From the NCBI GenBank assembly GCA_905178155.1, contig CAJINV010000003.1, forward strand, positions 6,353,985 through 6,417,984: a stretch of 64,000 bases of DNA, given 5' to 3'. The notes under the pieces were generated by a model. It ran no database searches. It saw only the letters and a list, made by a program, of their open reading frames with translations, and was not told the origin of the DNA. Below are positions 62,487 to 64,000 of the stretch, piece by piece (position 1 is the stretch's first letter; every line of letters starts with the position of its first letter). This DNA comes from Amoebophrya sp. A120. Lineage: Eukaryota; Protista; Dinoflagellata. The position numbers were made by a program, and so were the translations under genes.

Positions 62487-63432
62487 GTACTAGCTGAATA
62501 CGACGTCATGGAGTACTTCTAGTGTCTCATGTCATTTTGTTAGCTGAGTGGTCTGAGTGAGTCTAAGTGCGTAAGTGAAGAACTTTTTTCAAAAGAGCTA
62601 GTAAGTAATGCTTATTTGCAAAAAATAAATATCGAATACTAGAAAACGAAAAAGAACGGAAGAAACCGATCATGAAAATATAGGTGACTGAAATTGCCAG
62701 GAAGCATTCGAATTGCAAATCGTCTAGCAAGATAGGAAGGAACGTTCCCTAGTGAGAAATTGTCAACCAATGCGGCGTGTGCTTGCATTGCGCAGCGATA
62801 GAAGGAAAGCAGGTTTGCTGCGCATCCATTGCAGCGAATGAGACTTCTGCAAATAAATCTTGCGAGCGCGCTTCCTAGATCTCTCTGTGCAAACTTGATA
62901 GACTCGTATGATCTTCCGGTCGTCACGTCAAGATGTGGAACAGAGATCAAAAGCGCACGATCTGGGTCGCAGAGATCAAAAGCACGCGGTCTGAAGTCTG
63001 AAAGAATGATCCCCGCGCAACCACACCGCTGAGATCTTGTTGACAAACAAACTGCATACACAATGTTCCCGCTGATCCAAATCTCACTTCGATCGAAAGC
63101 TGTCAAGACGCAAGCGCAACGGTCGTTGCGCAGAGTTGATGTAGGCGTTTTTACCATAAAGTTTCATGAAGCCTCGTCATCGTCTGGTAATATCACAGTA
63201 GCTTTTGCTTCATGCCCTACTTATCGACACAGGTTCTAGAAAATTATAGTGGTAAAGCGCCCTTTATTTTTGTGCATGCAATCGGAGCATATCCATAACC
63301 AACGTATGTGAAGTTTATTGAGACAAATAAATCGTTTATCTCTTCATCTGATGCTGAAACTCGTACAATAAGAAGCCGGCCTGCGGACGAACGTATAAGT
63401 GTCATCCCCGCATCAAGACGAAAGCTCTGTCG

Positions 63433-64000
63433 ATGATGACGTCCTCAATCCTGCAACAGCAGCTGCTCCGGTTGCGCGAGGCGCACCCGACCACGTCTCG
63501 GTCGCTGAAGGCCGGCAAAAGCAAGGCGGCGTTCACCTTCCGGCAGAAGGACTTTACCTCGGCGCAGGAGCGGGCGGAGTACTTTTCGGAGATCAAGGAG
63601 CACTCGCTGGAAATCTTCCACGAGGTCCAGGCGCTCGATCCGGAGTTCGCGCAGTTTGAATCCCTGTTCCACCTGAATCAGAAGCAGCGCCAGTTTCTGA
63701 CGCCCGAGGAGATCAAAAATCGGGATGGACTGGTGGAAAAGTTCCTCCTCCTGCTCTCCCCGTTCCTGGCCTCCTCCGAGGTCGCCGTGGTCCTGCTGGA
63801 CCTGGTGGTGGACACGTTCGAGTGCTGCAGTTTCCACCTGGACGCCCTGCTGCAGTGCCTGTTGCCCTACCACGATCTGCACCAGTTCGCGCGGCTGTTG
63901 CAGGTGCTGGAAAACATCCCGTCGAACAGCCGGTGGCTCTTCCTGGCGGACCTGAAAAAAAACCAGTTTGGACTGAAGCGACAGGTGCTCGTCCACATGT
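63433..64000 (+). CDS. UTP10: U3 snoRNA-associated protein 10 / HEATR1, N-terminus (runs off the window)
   Basis: Open frame absent from the ORF track: MMTSSILQQQLLRL...LDPEFAQFE-SLF...FLLLLSPF...LLQCLLPYHDLHQFARLLQ...RWLFL matches the UTP10/HEATR1 N-terminal pattern. Confidence 0.8.
   Translation, partial: MMTSSILQQQLLRLREAHPTTSRSLKAGKSKAAFTFRQKDFTSAQERAEYFSEIKEHSLEIFHEVQALDPEFAQFESLFHLNQKQRQFLTPEEIKNRDGLVEKFLLLLSPFLASSEVAVVLLDLVVDTFECCSFHLDALLQCLLPYHDLHQFARLLQVLENIPSNSRWLFLADLKKNQFGLKRQVLVHM

Noticed and set aside
63445-63996. Minus-strand 183-aa ORF
   Set aside because: Antisense shadow of the GC3-rich UTP10 frame.

Overview
Eukaryotic genomic DNA, most consistent with a parasitic syndinian dinoflagellate (Amoebophrya-like). 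Basis: genes in unidirectional blocks (all minus strand from 1.6 to 44.7 kb, all plus strand from 48 to 64 kb), long insertion-rich proteins, and many non-canonical introns built like MITEs (TAT...ATA terminal inverted repeats with 5-bp direct repeats; introner elements). Removing each element plus one direct-repeat copy restores reading frames, so several genes could be rebuilt by hand: prephenate dehydrogenase; a 9-exon ~1064-aa protein whose first intron holds ~3.8 kb of satellite DNA; a ~7200-aa divergent axonemal dynein heavy chain with a decayed AAA1 P-loop but a conserved microtubule-binding stalk; an intronless dsRBD + winged-helix protein; an 8-exon DTE/Q105 proteorhodopsin with a signal peptide and a ~160-aa N-terminal extension (absent from the ORF track as a whole gene); two helical-repeat secreted-type proteins; two tandem discoidin-like/PAN-apple surface proteins; and the 5' end of UTP10/HEATR1. 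The strongest candidates for new biology are the extended proteorhodopsin, the possibly motor-dead dynein, the dsRBD-wHTH protein and the introner splicing logic. All family assignments come from motif recognition by eye, not from database searches.
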